A stretch of 64,000 nucleotides of DNA from a virus (Duplodnaviria; Caudoviricetes): the IMG/VR virus record IMGVR_UViG_2846802666_000001, positions 1,549 to 65,548 of that record; one strand, 5' to 3'. Both the position numbers and the translations under genes were made by a program. Under the pieces are notes generated by a model that saw only the letters and a list, made by a program, of their open reading frames with translations, did no database searches and was not told the DNA's origin. The first letter of the stretch is position 1; each line of letters starts with the position of its first letter. Shown here one piece after another: positions 25,536-35,451 of this stretch.

Positions 25536-25781
25536 ATGAGCGAAAACCATCTAGAGCCAGCGAAGTCTGTGATCGCCAAAATTGGCATCGAGAAAGTGTC
25601 TGCCGTAACCGGCAAGCACATATCTCGGGTCTATCGTTGGATGTATCCAAAGGAGCGCGGCGGTACTGGCGGCATCATCCCGCAGGCCGATGCTTTCGTT
25701 TTGCTTGCCCACGCACGGTCGCAGGGTATCGAGCTTTCGCCCGATGATTTCTTTCGAATTTCTCAGGAGGCCGCAGAATGA
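25536..25781 (+). CDS. Cro-like repressor
   Basis: IGIEKVSAVTGKHISRVYRWM...GGTGGIIP. Confidence 0.8.
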   Translation: MSENHLEPAKSVIAKIGIEKVSAVTGKHISRVYRWMYPKERGGTGGIIPQADAFVLLAHARSQGIELSPDDFFRISQEAAE

Positions 25782-25798
25782 TGGCGCTCCATTTTTTC

Positions 25799-25874
25799 CG
25801 CAGCGTAGGGAAGCGGTCATCCCGCGTGGTTCATACCCACGATGTCGCAGGTTCGAATCCTGCCGCTGCAACCA
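25799..25874 (+). tRNA. tRNA-Met(CAT), initiator-like
   Basis: Acceptor CGCAGCG/CGCTGCA (C1:A72 mismatch), D arm GGGA/TCCC, anticodon arm CGTGG-TTCATAC-CCACG, T arm GCAGG-TTCGAAT-CCTGC, ACCA end. Confidence 0.88.
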
Positions 25875-26198
25875 ATCCCGGCGTTTTCCTGGCAGAGCGC
25901 GCACGGGATGCCGGACGGAAGAGGTTTTCCATACCTGCGGACCCTTCCGTCCGGATCGCCTTTCCTGTTGCGCGAGGGTTACTCCTTTCCCCTCTGCGCA
26001 CCCGCCGTGATACCTCTCCTCCCGGCTCCGGCGGCCTTTTTCTTTCGTTGTCGTCATCGTTGTCTCTCCAGCTTCTGCCGCCGCTCATGTGGCGGGGCTG
26101 CGGTTGATCTGATGGGCAACGAATAGGCCGCGCCTGCGCGGGCTTCACCGAATCCTTTTCCGTTTTTCTTTCCTTGACGCGTTTTCAGGGGTGTTTTC

Positions 26199-26666
26199 GT
26201 GCGCACTATTTCCGAAGAAGAAATCCGCAGCCTGAAAGGCGCGACAGACGCCAGCTACAAGCTGGGCGGCGGCGTAACCGATTTTCCGCTGCTGACACGC
26301 GTCAACGTCTCGACGCTCTCCAAGTACGCCAGCTTCAATGATGAGAATGGTGAAGCGCTGATCCCGATCGATGTCGCCATCGAGTCGGATCGCCGCGCGA
26401 AAAGCCCCGTCATCGTCGGCGCCATGGCACGAGCCCTCGGCTTCAAGCTGACCATTGATGATGACCACCCCCACGATGCCCGCCCCGTTACCGAGACGGA
26501 TGCGATCGATCTCATGAGCGAGGTCATGGATGTCGTGCGCGAACTTCAGGCCGCCCAGGCTGCCGGAACAATCGGTACGGCTGCCGCCAAAAAGCGGATC
26601 GGCAAGGAAATCCACGAAGCAATCCGCGAGCTCAAAGAGATGCTCGTAAATATAAAGAAAGGCTGA
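26199..26666 (+). CDS. CII-like regulatory protein
   Basis: Position after cro; TRVNVSTLSKYAS...IPIDVA. Confidence 0.6.
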   Translation: MRTISEEEIRSLKGATDASYKLGGGVTDFPLLTRVNVSTLSKYASFNDENGEALIPIDVAIESDRRAKSPVIVGAMARALGFKLTIDDDHPHDARPVTETDAIDLMSEVMDVVRELQAAQAAGTIGTAAAKKRIGKEIHEAIRELKEMLVNIKKG

Positions 26667-26671
26667 CTGGC

Positions 26672-27595
26672 ATGGTATTGCGAAAGGTAGAATTCTCGAA
26701 AATTGACCGGCCTGCCGAAGTTTCCGCCGGTTCAGCTCCAATCCTTCAATGGATTGATATCGATCAGCTGGTGATCGATGAAGATTACCAGCGTGACCTG
26801 AAGCTTCAGAACTGGAAGGCGATCCGCCGTATCGCGGCGAATTTTCGTTGGTCGATGTTCTCTCCCGTGTTCGTCTCCCCGGTGGAGGGGGGGGCGTACG
26901 CAATAATCGACGGTCAGCACCGCACCCACGCTGCAGCGATATGCGGTTTTTCGCAGGTTCCTTGTCAGATCGTCCAGATGAACAAGACGGAACAGGCCGC
27001 TGCATTCGCCGCGGTGAATGGCGTCGTAACGGCAGTCACCGTGTGGCAGCTCCTGAAGGCCGCACTTGCGGCTGGCGAGCAGTGGGCGGTGAACGCCCAG
27101 CGGATCGCAGCGGATGGTGGTTGCCGGCTGATGACGTCCAACGGCTCGACCCTTTCGAAGCTGCCCGGCGATATCTACGGCGTGAAGGGCTTCCTTTCCG
27201 TCATCGAGACACGACCACGCGAGACTATTGTGACCGCGCTGAAGGTCTTGATGAAGGCCGAAGGTTACAACGACAATCGCGAGGTCTGGGATTCGGCATT
27301 GTTGATGCCGTTGCTGCTGGCATTGGCAGAGCGACCGCCAGCGCTGGCGAATCCGGGTTTTGTCGGTGCCCTGGAAAAGTTCGATATCTGGGACCTCGTA
27401 GACCGAGATGCTGCCGAACGCCGCGCCGCGCTTCGACTTGGCCGCAAGCATCCTCCGAAATCAGAAACCCTTCGGGCCGGCATCCTCACGTGGATCGACG
27501 AGACGTTTCCTGCACGCATCGCATTGCCTCCATCCGAGAAACTATCGCGTCAGGAAGCGATGGTGCGCATTGGCGCCATCGGAGGTAGCCAGTGA
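26672..27595 (+). CDS. ParB-like N-terminal domain protein
   Basis: LVIDEDYQR...YAIIDGQHRTHAA. Confidence 0.75.
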   Translation: MVLRKVEFSKIDRPAEVSAGSAPILQWIDIDQLVIDEDYQRDLKLQNWKAIRRIAANFRWSMFSPVFVSPVEGGAYAIIDGQHRTHAAAICGFSQVPCQIVQMNKTEQAAAFAAVNGVVTAVTVWQLLKAALAAGEQWAVNAQRIAADGGCRLMTSNGSTLSKLPGDIYGVKGFLSVIETRPRETIVTALKVLMKAEGYNDNREVWDSALLMPLLLALAERPPALANPGFVGALEKFDIWDLVDRDAAERRAALRLGRKHPPKSETLRAGILTWIDETFPARIALPPSEKLSRQEAMVRIGAIGGSQ

Positions 27596-27759
27596 CCCTC
27601 TGCATGGCCGAAACCAGCCGCCCCAAACTCGTCAAGGAAGCCCGCGCCGCGCGGGTTCTGGCGCTTTGGCGGATTGGCCGTTCCACCCATGAAATTTCCA
27701 CAACGCTCGGCCTTGCTGAATGCGAGGTCTGCCGCATTATCGAGGAGGCAGAACAATGA
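27592..27759 (+). CDS. Small HTH-like protein
   Basis: 55-aa ORF overlapping both neighbours (LWRIGRSTHEISTTLGL). Confidence 0.5.
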   Translation: MTLCMAETSRPKLVKEARAARVLALWRIGRSTHEISTTLGLAECEVCRIIEEAEQ

Positions 27760-27983
27760 GTGCAGCCGCTTCTCTCTTTGCAGTTCCACTTGCGGATCGT
27801 GATCGCGGTTTTCTGCGGCACGTCTCTCAGGCTGACGGCTGGCGCGAGATCCGCCACGGCGAAATGCCATCCGCCGTTCAGTGCATGCGCGCCGGTTACG
27901 TTCGCCTGTCGAATGACAAGCGGCAGGCAATCATCACCAGCAGCGGGCAGACTTACCTCCGCCAGTTGAGAGGGGTGCACTGA
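27756..27983 (+). CDS. Hypothetical protein
   Basis: GAGGAGG RBS; overlaps neighbours. Confidence 0.55.
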   Translation: MSAAASLFAVPLADRDRGFLRHVSQADGWREIRHGEMPSAVQCMRAGYVRLSNDKRQAIITSSGQTYLRQLRGVH

Positions 27984-28159
27984 TGGAACTGTTCGATGCA
28001 CTTCCAGCCCCGCTCCGCACGGCGATAAATGACGCCGGGTTCGAGTTTGTACCGCGCTTCGCTGCTCGTCTTCTGGCGCGCGGCGTATCGGTAGATCGCG
28101 CCGCCGAGATCATCCGCGAAACCGACCTGCGCCTGATGCGCAAAGGCTGTGCGGCATGA
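27983..28159 (+). CDS. Small hypothetical protein
   Basis: MELFDALPAPLRTAIN; TGATG and ATGA overlaps. Confidence 0.55.
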   Translation: MELFDALPAPLRTAINDAGFEFVPRFAARLLARGVSVDRAAEIIRETDLRLMRKGCAA

Positions 28160-29598
28160 CGGTGCAATCTCTCCAGATGCCGAAGAATGCCGGCCTGAAC
28201 ATCATTACATCCGCGCTGCGCGATGGCGAATACCGCTGCCAGACCTCGCAGGAGGTGCGCACGGCCTGCGCGGCAATGGCCCACCGCTATCTCACGCGTG
28301 ACCCGAAGGACGGCAATCTGTTCCGTCCGGGTGATCGCGCAGCAGCCGTCATCGAGCGCGCGAAAAATGAAGGCAAATTGCCGGAAGAAAACATAAGCCG
28401 GATCGTAGTGACGGGGCCGTACCAGCTTCTGCCGCCGCTCTCGGATGATGATTTCAAGGCGCTTTATGATGACATTGCCGCTCACGGCGTAAAGGTGCCG
28501 GTTGAATATGACGAGGCTGGCGAAATTCTCGACGGCCACCACCGTGTCGCCATCTGCAAGATGCTCGACATCACCGATTGGCCCCGGTTCATCCGCAAGC
28601 AGCTGACGGAAGAAGGTAAACGGTCTTTTGCAAGGTCGCTGAATTTTGCCCGGCGCCATCTTTCCGGCGCGCAGCGGCAGGCAGTTATTCAGGAGCACCT
28701 GAAGGATGCGCCGACCGTATCCAACCGCGCCATTGCCGCGCAGCTCGGTGTTGATCACAAGACCGTATCGGCGGCGCGCAAACGCATGGTCGATGGTGGG
28801 GAAATTCCCCACCATGCGACAATCGTGGGCCGTGACGGCGTTTCCCAACCGGCGGTAAAGCCGATCCGCACCATGTTCCTGCCGGAGCCGGCGAATTTCA
28901 AGGAGCTGACGAAGGTCGCCAAGATCAAGCGGGCCGAGGATCAGAAGATCCGGCACGCCGTCCGCACCGATCTCGCCGTCCAGATCGCAGCCCGCCAGAA
29001 CGTGGCGCCATGGTGGAAGGGCGTCGGGCAGGATGAGGGCAGGGCGTTCCCGATCATCTACGTTGATCCGCCGTGGCGTTTCAAAACCTATTCGGAAGTG
29101 ACCGGCGGCGAAAAGAGCGCCGAGAACCACTATCCGACAATGTCTCTTGAAGAGATAATGGATCTCGGTTGCCCTGGCGCTCACAACTCGGCGGTGCTCA
29201 TGTGGGTGACGGATCTTTCGAATGGCGTGAAAACGCTGGAGCGATGGGGCTACACCTACAAAAGCTTCTGGGGCTGGAAGAAGATTTACCCCGGCGACCA
29301 GACCGGAACCGGCTACTGGAGCTTCGATAATCTCGAACTTCTGCTGATCGGCACGCGCGGCGACTTCCCGGCGCCAATACCGGGAACGCAGCCGATCAAG
29401 TGCACCGACCACGCAGTCGGTCGCCACAGCGAAAAGCCGGTCTGGTTCGCCGAACAGATCGACCGGCTTTATCCGACCATGCCCAAACTCGAAATGTTCC
29501 AGCGCCGCGAAAGCCTCGCGGATGGCGACGTGCGCCTGAATGGAAAGTGGGAGTTTTGGGGAAATCAGGCAGGCACACCGGAAGGCGGTGCGGAATGA
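28156..29598 (+). CDS. ParB-HTH-MT-A70 (N6-adenine methyltransferase) fusion
   Basis: ILDGHHRV, SNRAIAAQLGVDHKTV, IIYVDPPW, HSEKP and LEMFQR. Confidence 0.88.
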   Translation: MTVQSLQMPKNAGLNIITSALRDGEYRCQTSQEVRTACAAMAHRYLTRDPKDGNLFRPGDRAAAVIERAKNEGKLPEENISRIVVTGPYQLLPPLSDDDFKALYDDIAAHGVKVPVEYDEAGEILDGHHRVAICKMLDITDWPRFIRKQLTEEGKRSFARSLNFARRHLSGAQRQAVIQEHLKDAPTVSNRAIAAQLGVDHKTVSAARKRMVDGGEIPHHATIVGRDGVSQPAVKPIRTMFLPEPANFKELTKVAKIKRAEDQKIRHAVRTDLAVQIAARQNVAPWWKGVGQDEGRAFPIIYVDPPWRFKTYSEVTGGEKSAENHYPTMSLEEIMDLGCPGAHNSAVLMWVTDLSNGVKTLERWGYTYKSFWGWKKIYPGDQTGTGYWSFDNLELLLIGTRGDFPAPIPGTQPIKCTDHAVGRHSEKPVWFAEQIDRLYPTMPKLEMFQRRESLADGDVRLNGKWEFWGNQAGTPEGGAE

Positions 29599-30656
29599 TG
29601 ATTACTCGCTCACCTGAAATAGACGCCCTTATCGCCGATGACGCGCCGGTCGCGATTGGTGTTTCGGGCGGCAAAGACAGCCAAGCCGCCGCACTGGCAA
29701 CATTCGCTTATCTCGATTCTGTCGGCCACAAGGGGCCGCGCATCCTTATCCATGCCGACCTCGGCTCAGTGGAATGGGACGACAGCTTCCGGATCTGTGA
29801 GGAACTCGCTGAGTACCTGGAGTGTGACCTCGTCGTGGTTCGACGCAAAGCCGGTGGCCTCATGGAGCGTTGGGAAAGCCGGTGGCTATCGAGCAAAACT
29901 CGTTACGAGATGCTCAGCACGGTGACCCTTGTTCCCTGCTGGTCAACGCCGGCCATGCGGTTCTGCACTTCGGAGCAGAAGACACACGTAATCATGGCCG
30001 AACTTAAGGGGCGGTTTAAAGGTCAGAAGATCATCAACGTGACCGGCGTTCGTCGGGAAGAGAGCGCGACACGATCGCGCATGTCTGTCGCAGACAGTGA
30101 TGCGGCCGGGCAGGTGTGGACGTGGCGCCCGATCATCGACCTCACGCTTGATCAGGTGTTTGCCATGGTCGACGCCTCCGGCCTGCACCCCCATCCCGCC
30201 TACCGGATTTACGGTATGGGCCGGGTGTCTTGCCGCTTCTGCATCATGTCCAGCATGCCCGACATGCTGGCCGCCAGTGCACAGCCTGAGAGCCACGATC
30301 TATACCGGCAGATGGTGCAGCTGGAGATCGACAGCAGCTTTGCATTTCAGGGTGCGCGCTGGCTCGGCGACGTCGCCCCTCAGTTGCTCCCCCCAGAGAT
30401 GATTAAGGGTCTCGCCCTCGCCAAGAACAAGGCCGCTCTGCGTAAAGACATAGAGGCGCGGATTACAAGGCCGATGCTCTACGTAAAGGGGTGGCCGACC
30501 CGCATGTTGACCGACGACGAGGCTGCACTCATGGCCTCCGTGAGGCGACAGGTGAGCGACCTCTACGGCTTCAAATCGGATTGTCTCGACGTTCCCTCGA
30601 TCCATGAACGCTACGCGTTTCTTTTGGCCGAGAGTGCCAGAAAGGCGGCCGCATGA
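29595..30656 (+). CDS. Phosphoadenosine phosphosulfate reductase-family (PP-loop) protein
   Basis: VSGGKDS, RFCTSEQK, GVRREES and RVSCRFCIM. Confidence 0.85.
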   Translation: MMITRSPEIDALIADDAPVAIGVSGGKDSQAAALATFAYLDSVGHKGPRILIHADLGSVEWDDSFRICEELAEYLECDLVVVRRKAGGLMERWESRWLSSKTRYEMLSTVTLVPCWSTPAMRFCTSEQKTHVIMAELKGRFKGQKIINVTGVRREESATRSRMSVADSDAAGQVWTWRPIIDLTLDQVFAMVDASGLHPHPAYRIYGMGRVSCRFCIMSSMPDMLAASAQPESHDLYRQMVQLEIDSSFAFQGARWLGDVAPQLLPPEMIKGLALAKNKAALRKDIEARITRPMLYVKGWPTRMLTDDEAALMASVRRQVSDLYGFKSDCLDVPSIHERYAFLLAESARKAAA

Positions 30657-32572
30657 ACGCCTACGCTGGAAATCTCTTCGACCTTCATCATTCTGTCGCT
30701 GTGCCCGCATTGGGTCCGCATGGACCTTACATCATCGACAGTTTCGCTGGCGGCGGTGGCGCGTCGACCGGAATTGAACAGGCTCTTGGCCGTCCCCCTG
30801 ATTACGCCATCAACCACAACGCGGCCGCTTTGGCACTGCATGAGGCAAATCATCCCGAGACAGTCCATCTCTCGGAAAACGTCTACAAGATCGATCCGCT
30901 CGATCACCTGCGCGGCAAGCATATCGGCCTCGCCTGGTTCTCCCCGGATTGCAAACATTTCAGCAAGGCAAAGGGTGGCAAGCCCGTTGAACGCAACATT
31001 CGCGACCTGTGCTGGATCATTCCAGGCTGGATCGAACGCATCCAGCAGAGCGGCGGCAAGGTCGATGTCGTCATCATGGAGAACGTCGAGGAGTTTAAGG
31101 ATTACGGTCCGCTGATCCAGACCGCCAAAGGGTTGCGGCCAGATCCTGAGCGCAAGGGGCAAACTTACCAGAAATGGTGCAAGAAGCTCCGCCAACTCGG
31201 CGCGAAAATGGAAAGCCGCGAGATCCGTGGACGCGATTACGGTGCCACGACAATCCGCAAGCGCCTCTTCGTCATCATGCGTTTCGACGGCCAGCCAATT
31301 GTTTGGCCGGAGAAGACGCACGGTGCGCCCGATGATGCTGACGTTATTGCCGGACGTAAGCTTCCGTGGCCGATCATGGCAGATGAGATCGACTGGAGCC
31401 TGCCGTGTCCTTCGATCTTCGATACGTCTGCCGAGATCTGGGACAAGTTCGGGGTTAGGTCGGTGCGGCCGATCGCGGACGCTTCTCAGGCTCGCGTCGC
31501 GCGTGGATTTGATCGGTTCGTATTGAAAGCGAAGAGACCGTTTCTTGTTCAGATCGGTTACGGTGAGCGAGATGGACAGGCGCCGCGATGCATGAGCCTC
31601 GACGAGCCGCTGGGTACAGTCGTCGCCGGCGGTGTCAAGCATGCGCTGGTTTCGCCCTCTATCCAACGTTTCAACACAGGCGCGACCGGTGTTGCAATGG
31701 ATGATCAGCTCCCGACGATTACGGCAAACAGCTACATCAAGCGTCCTGGCGGCGCGGCTCCCCTTGGCCTGCTGGCTCCGGTGCTAACCTACGCTCAGCA
31801 GGGTGGCGCTTGCCGCTCCGTGGACGGACAGTCGCATACCATCACAGCCAGCAAGAAAGATCAGAATTCTGTTCTGGTCGGCTATATGGCGCAGGCCAAC
31901 AATGACAGCCGGCGCGTCGGTGGCGTCAATCCGGGCCGTCCGCTGGATGAAGCGTTGTCGACCGTGACGCAGACAGGAAGTCATCAGCAGCTGGTCTCCG
32001 CCTATATCGCGCGCGATTTCGGAACCTCGACAGGTCACAGCGTAACGGAGCCGTCCGCGACGATCATGCCGGAAGGGCAGGGCAAGAGCCGCCTCATCAT
32101 GCCGTATCTGCAATCTTACTACGGAACTGGAGACGGTGCTCGCGAGGATGATGCCTGCCGCACGATCACGACGCGAGACCGCTTCGGTCATATCGAGGCA
32201 ACGGTTGACGTTCCTCCCTTCACCGAAGCCCAGGCGGCTCGTGCGCGACAGGTTGCGGAATTCTTACGAGTGCACGGCGTTTGGGATGAGTGTGAATTTG
32301 TCACGATCGAAATCGACGGCGTCACGTTCGTCGTGGTCGACATTGGTATGCGCATGCTCTCGCCGCGCGAGCTGTTCAACGCTCAGGGCTTCCCACGTCA
32401 CTATCAGATCGAGGGGTACTTTGATCGGTCGCAGGGCGATGTGCCGGTATGGGTGCCGTTCTCGAAGGAGGTGCAGGTTTCCTGCGTGGGTAATAGTGTT
32501 TGCCCGCCCGTAGCGAAGGCGCTGGTCGCTGCCAACTGCGGCCACCTTGCAGTCACGGCGGTGGCAGCATGA
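30653..32572 (+). CDS. C5 cytosine DNA methyltransferase
   Basis: DSFAGGGG, SPDCKHFS, MENV, RKRLF and GNSVCP. Confidence 0.92.
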   Translation: MNAYAGNLFDLHHSVAVPALGPHGPYIIDSFAGGGGASTGIEQALGRPPDYAINHNAAALALHEANHPETVHLSENVYKIDPLDHLRGKHIGLAWFSPDCKHFSKAKGGKPVERNIRDLCWIIPGWIERIQQSGGKVDVVIMENVEEFKDYGPLIQTAKGLRPDPERKGQTYQKWCKKLRQLGAKMESREIRGRDYGATTIRKRLFVIMRFDGQPIVWPEKTHGAPDDADVIAGRKLPWPIMADEIDWSLPCPSIFDTSAEIWDKFGVRSVRPIADASQARVARGFDRFVLKAKRPFLVQIGYGERDGQAPRCMSLDEPLGTVVAGGVKHALVSPSIQRFNTGATGVAMDDQLPTITANSYIKRPGGAAPLGLLAPVLTYAQQGGACRSVDGQSHTITASKKDQNSVLVGYMAQANNDSRRVGGVNPGRPLDEALSTVTQTGSHQQLVSAYIARDFGTSTGHSVTEPSATIMPEGQGKSRLIMPYLQSYYGTGDGAREDDACRTITTRDRFGHIEATVDVPPFTEAQAARARQVAEFLRVHGVWDECEFVTIEIDGVTFVVVDIGMRMLSPRELFNAQGFPRHYQIEGYFDRSQGDVPVWVPFSKEVQVSCVGNSVCPPVAKALVAANCGHLAVTAVAA

Positions 32573-33132
32573 CGATGCGCGAGCAGGAAATACGCGACCG
32601 CGAAAAGGCCAGCGTCACGCGGCTTGAAGACATCGTCGGACGCTGCAAGGGTGACAAGTGGCGTTTCGACACGGATGGCGACCAGACGCATATCATCGCG
32701 CGACGGTCGACGGGCGAAAGTGTCATCCTCGGCACGCTGTACGCGGACGCGCTGCCAGATGAAGTCGAGCTTCTGACCGGGGCACTGGAAAATACCGCTC
32801 TTTTCCTGAGGTTGCGCCAACGCGCCATCCTTGCCTTCAGAAGCGGCCAGAACGCCCCGCCGGATCAGCATCCCGCAACGCGCCTGCGGGACGGCGATTT
32901 TGCGGCGAATGCCGCCATCCTCTGCGCGGACCCATGGTTTCACCGCTTTCTTGAGCAGCGACAACACCCCGCCGAGGCGCGGGCCATCCACAACAAGGAA
33001 CACGCCGACACGGTCCTGAAAAGCCTGATCGGCATCACCAGCAAGACACAACTCAATCGTGAGGAACGGGCGCAGGCGGCGTTTATCGATCTGCGCACGG
33101 ACTTCGAATTATGGAAAGGGGGCCGGTCATGA
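32569..33132 (+). CDS. Hypothetical protein
   Basis: ATGA overlaps with neighbours. Confidence 0.7.
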   Translation: MTMREQEIRDREKASVTRLEDIVGRCKGDKWRFDTDGDQTHIIARRSTGESVILGTLYADALPDEVELLTGALENTALFLRLRQRAILAFRSGQNAPPDQHPATRLRDGDFAANAAILCADPWFHRFLEQRQHPAEARAIHNKEHADTVLKSLIGITSKTQLNREERAQAAFIDLRTDFELWKGGRS

Positions 33133-33422
33133 CGGGGATGTCGCCGGTTATCGAACACCTACAGGATTGCAGGACGGATGCGGAGCGGGCGCGGTGGCTG
33201 CTGAACATCCCGACATTCATCTTTTATCGCGAGCAGACGGCAATTTACCGCGCCCTTCGTCAGGCGGGCTTCGTTCGCGGTACGCAGCTCGTCGATCTTG
33301 AGATATCGGCGCTGGTGACAGTGCGGGATCGCTTCGGGCGACTGCCGTCCGACGTTCAGGACCTACTCAACGCGGCTCGCACCTTCATGGAGACGCTGGC
33401 GCGGAAAGGCGGTGTGAAATGA
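33129..33422 (+). CDS. Hypothetical protein
   Basis: ATGA overlaps with neighbours. Confidence 0.65.
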   Translation: MTGMSPVIEHLQDCRTDAERARWLLNIPTFIFYREQTAIYRALRQAGFVRGTQLVDLEISALVTVRDRFGRLPSDVQDLLNAARTFMETLARKGGVK

Positions 33423-34657
33423 GCAACGCCCGGTTCTCAATCATACCCGCATGGATCGTCACTGATCCACGCCTCAAGGGCATCGATCTGAAGGTGTTGT
33501 GTCTCCTGGGTAGCTTCACCAACGCAGAGGGCTGGTGCCGCCGCAGCCAGGTGAAGATGGCGGATGAGCTAAACTGCGGCCGGTCGACGGTTCAGGGCTC
33601 GCTCAATCGGCTTTATGAGATTGGCGTGGTGGAGAAAAGGATCGTGGAAAGCCGCGACGGTCGCGACTCCGCACACTACTATCGCGTCATCCATGACAGG
33701 GACGTTTCGAGCGATGCGATTGCTGCATGGCAAGTCGCTGCTGCTGAGGAATATGATCCTAAATCAAACGACAATTCAGACGCACCCCCTGCCACTATAT
33801 CGGCAGGGGGTGCCGCCTCTGGGATGGCACCCCCTGCCATCTCTGGACCGGCACCTATTAACGATACATCTCTAACGAACAATCTTAACGATGGAGAGAG
33901 AGCGCCTGCGCGCGGCAATTTGGGGGACGAGGAAGAAAATCCGAAAGCTATCGAGACAGCGTTCAAGCGGTTCTTTGTTACGTGGAAGACAGCTATCCAT
34001 GACAGTGAACCTGATGCCCGCCGCGAGTGGGGCGCATTGTCGCCTGATGAGCGGGCAAGCGCCCTGGCTCATTCGGAAAGCTATCAGGTTGTCGCCCTTT
34101 CCACCGGTCGGAAGTATCTCTGCTCTGCCGCGAAATACCTGAAGGAGCGTCGCTGGGTGAAGCTAGCCGAACAGAGCGTGCGGTCACCTCAGGCGGAAGC
34201 GACGGAGATGGTCTCGGTGTTTTCCCGCGCGGGCCGCGCGCTCTTAATGACGAAGCTCTTTCAGCCGATCCGGGCGCTTTCACTCTCGCCCATTGAGCAA
34301 CACATCGTCGATAACAAGCCCGAGAAAGCGGACCTGATCTGGCGCGAAAAGAAGGAAAAGCAGGGCTGGCCAGAGGCCGTCCAGCTTATCGAGCGGAAGC
34401 GCTTCACAGTACTGAACCGCATTGTCGATCTCAGCAAGGACTTTGAGCCTGTAGCGGTCAACGGACCCGTATGGGAAGAATGGAAGCGCGCCTATGCGGA
34501 GCGGTGCTGGCCTTGGCCGGTTGCTCCTGAACGTCTGGAGTTCGCTCAATTTCCGCCATTGCCTGCCGATGTGAATGATCTCGACGAGGCCGTGTCCATT
34601 GCAATCGAAAACTTCAAATCCAGACTGAACGAGGGACGGGACGATGATGCAGCATAA
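33419..34657 (+). CDS. Phage replication initiator (N-terminal HTH)
   Basis: FSIIPA...SQVKMADELNCGRSTVQGSLNRL; internal iterons. Confidence 0.8.
   Translation: MSNARFSIIPAWIVTDPRLKGIDLKVLCLLGSFTNAEGWCRRSQVKMADELNCGRSTVQGSLNRLYEIGVVEKRIVESRDGRDSAHYYRVIHDRDVSSDAIAAWQVAAAEEYDPKSNDNSDAPPATISAGGAASGMAPPAISGPAPINDTSLTNNLNDGERAPARGNLGDEEENPKAIETAFKRFFVTWKTAIHDSEPDARREWGALSPDERASALAHSESYQVVALSTGRKYLCSAAKYLKERRWVKLAEQSVRSPQAEATEMVSVFSRAGRALLMTKLFQPIRALSLSPIEQHIVDNKPEKADLIWREKKEKQGWPEAVQLIERKRFTVLNRIVDLSKDFEPVAVNGPVWEEWKRAYAERCWPWPVAPERLEFAQFPPLPADVNDLDEAVSIAIENFKSRLNEGRDDDAA
33782..33892. other. Putative replication origin inside the initiator gene
   Basis: GCACCCCCTGCC at 33782 and 33827, inverted at 33802, then AT-rich TAACGA x3. 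Confidence 0.65.
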
Positions 34658-35297
34658 GTTTGATGATATCTCCCGCCACGTCTCTCTCAAGGGGATGCTG
34701 AAGCTGGACAAGATTGCTCAGGAGGCGGCGAGGATCGCTCATGAACGCGAATCGGCGTCGAAAGAGAGGGCGCACAGCGTGTCTGATTCGGCTTGGGTGA
34801 TAGCGCGCGTCGAGTATGGACGCGAAAAGGCTGTTGAAATCGCCATGGTTGAAGCCGGTATTGAGGCGTGCGTGATCATGCGCATGGGGCCGGAAAGGAA
34901 GCGACATAGGCGCCGCATTCCCGCTGCAAAGACCCCAGTTTTCAACGGAATACTGTTTGTGTTCTGCCTCCCAGACAACCATGCACTCCGTGGAATATTG
35001 TCTTTCGATCACGTCAAAAGCATCGTCATGGGTCGCGATCACGCCGTTAAAATCAGTAATGAAACAATCAATGAGTTCAAGGAATTGGCGGAGGCTGGCG
35101 CCTATGATCATAGCCACCGGTCTGATGCCATTAGGAAGGGTGAAAAGGTCAGAATTACAAGTGGCCCGTTCGTTGGATTTGAGGTTGAAGTAGACGCGTT
35201 TGGTGAGTCCGGACATGGTGATGCGGTTGTCACCATCGTCATATTCGGGAAGCCGACCGTGTTCAACATGCCGCTTGCAATGCTTGAGAAAGTGTGA
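34644..35297 (+). CDS. NusG-family antiterminator (late regulator)
   Basis: PVFNGILFV NGN domain and KOW motif GEKVRITSGPFVGFE...IFGKPT. Confidence 0.88.
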   Translation: MMQHKFDDISRHVSLKGMLKLDKIAQEAARIAHERESASKERAHSVSDSAWVIARVEYGREKAVEIAMVEAGIEACVIMRMGPERKRHRRRIPAAKTPVFNGILFVFCLPDNHALRGILSFDHVKSIVMGRDHAVKISNETINEFKELAEAGAYDHSHRSDAIRKGEKVRITSGPFVGFEVEVDAFGESGHGDAVVTIVIFGKPTVFNMPLAMLEKV

Positions 35298-35426
35298 GTA
35301 CAAATCTGCCCACGGTCGATGCGGTTCTTAGTGGCGGTTACGCTCGCGCCCGCACCCAGCTCTGACAGTCTCCCTTGTGAGACACCGATTCAGGGTCAGT
35401 GCTACAGCTATGCGATGAAGAAGGAC

Positions 35427-35451
35427 AAGGCGGCCAGATGGTCGCCTTTTT
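35427..35451 (+). terminator. Late-leader terminator
   Basis: AAGGCGGCC-AGAT-GGTCGCCTT-TTT about 130 bp after a TTGCAA..TACAAA promoter-like sequence. Confidence 0.65.

Noticed and set aside
27934-29427. Long antisense ORFs (for example 27934-29427, 30611-31666, 21490-22785, 23094-24170)
   Set aside because: Shadows of well-supported genes on the opposite strand in GC-rich DNA
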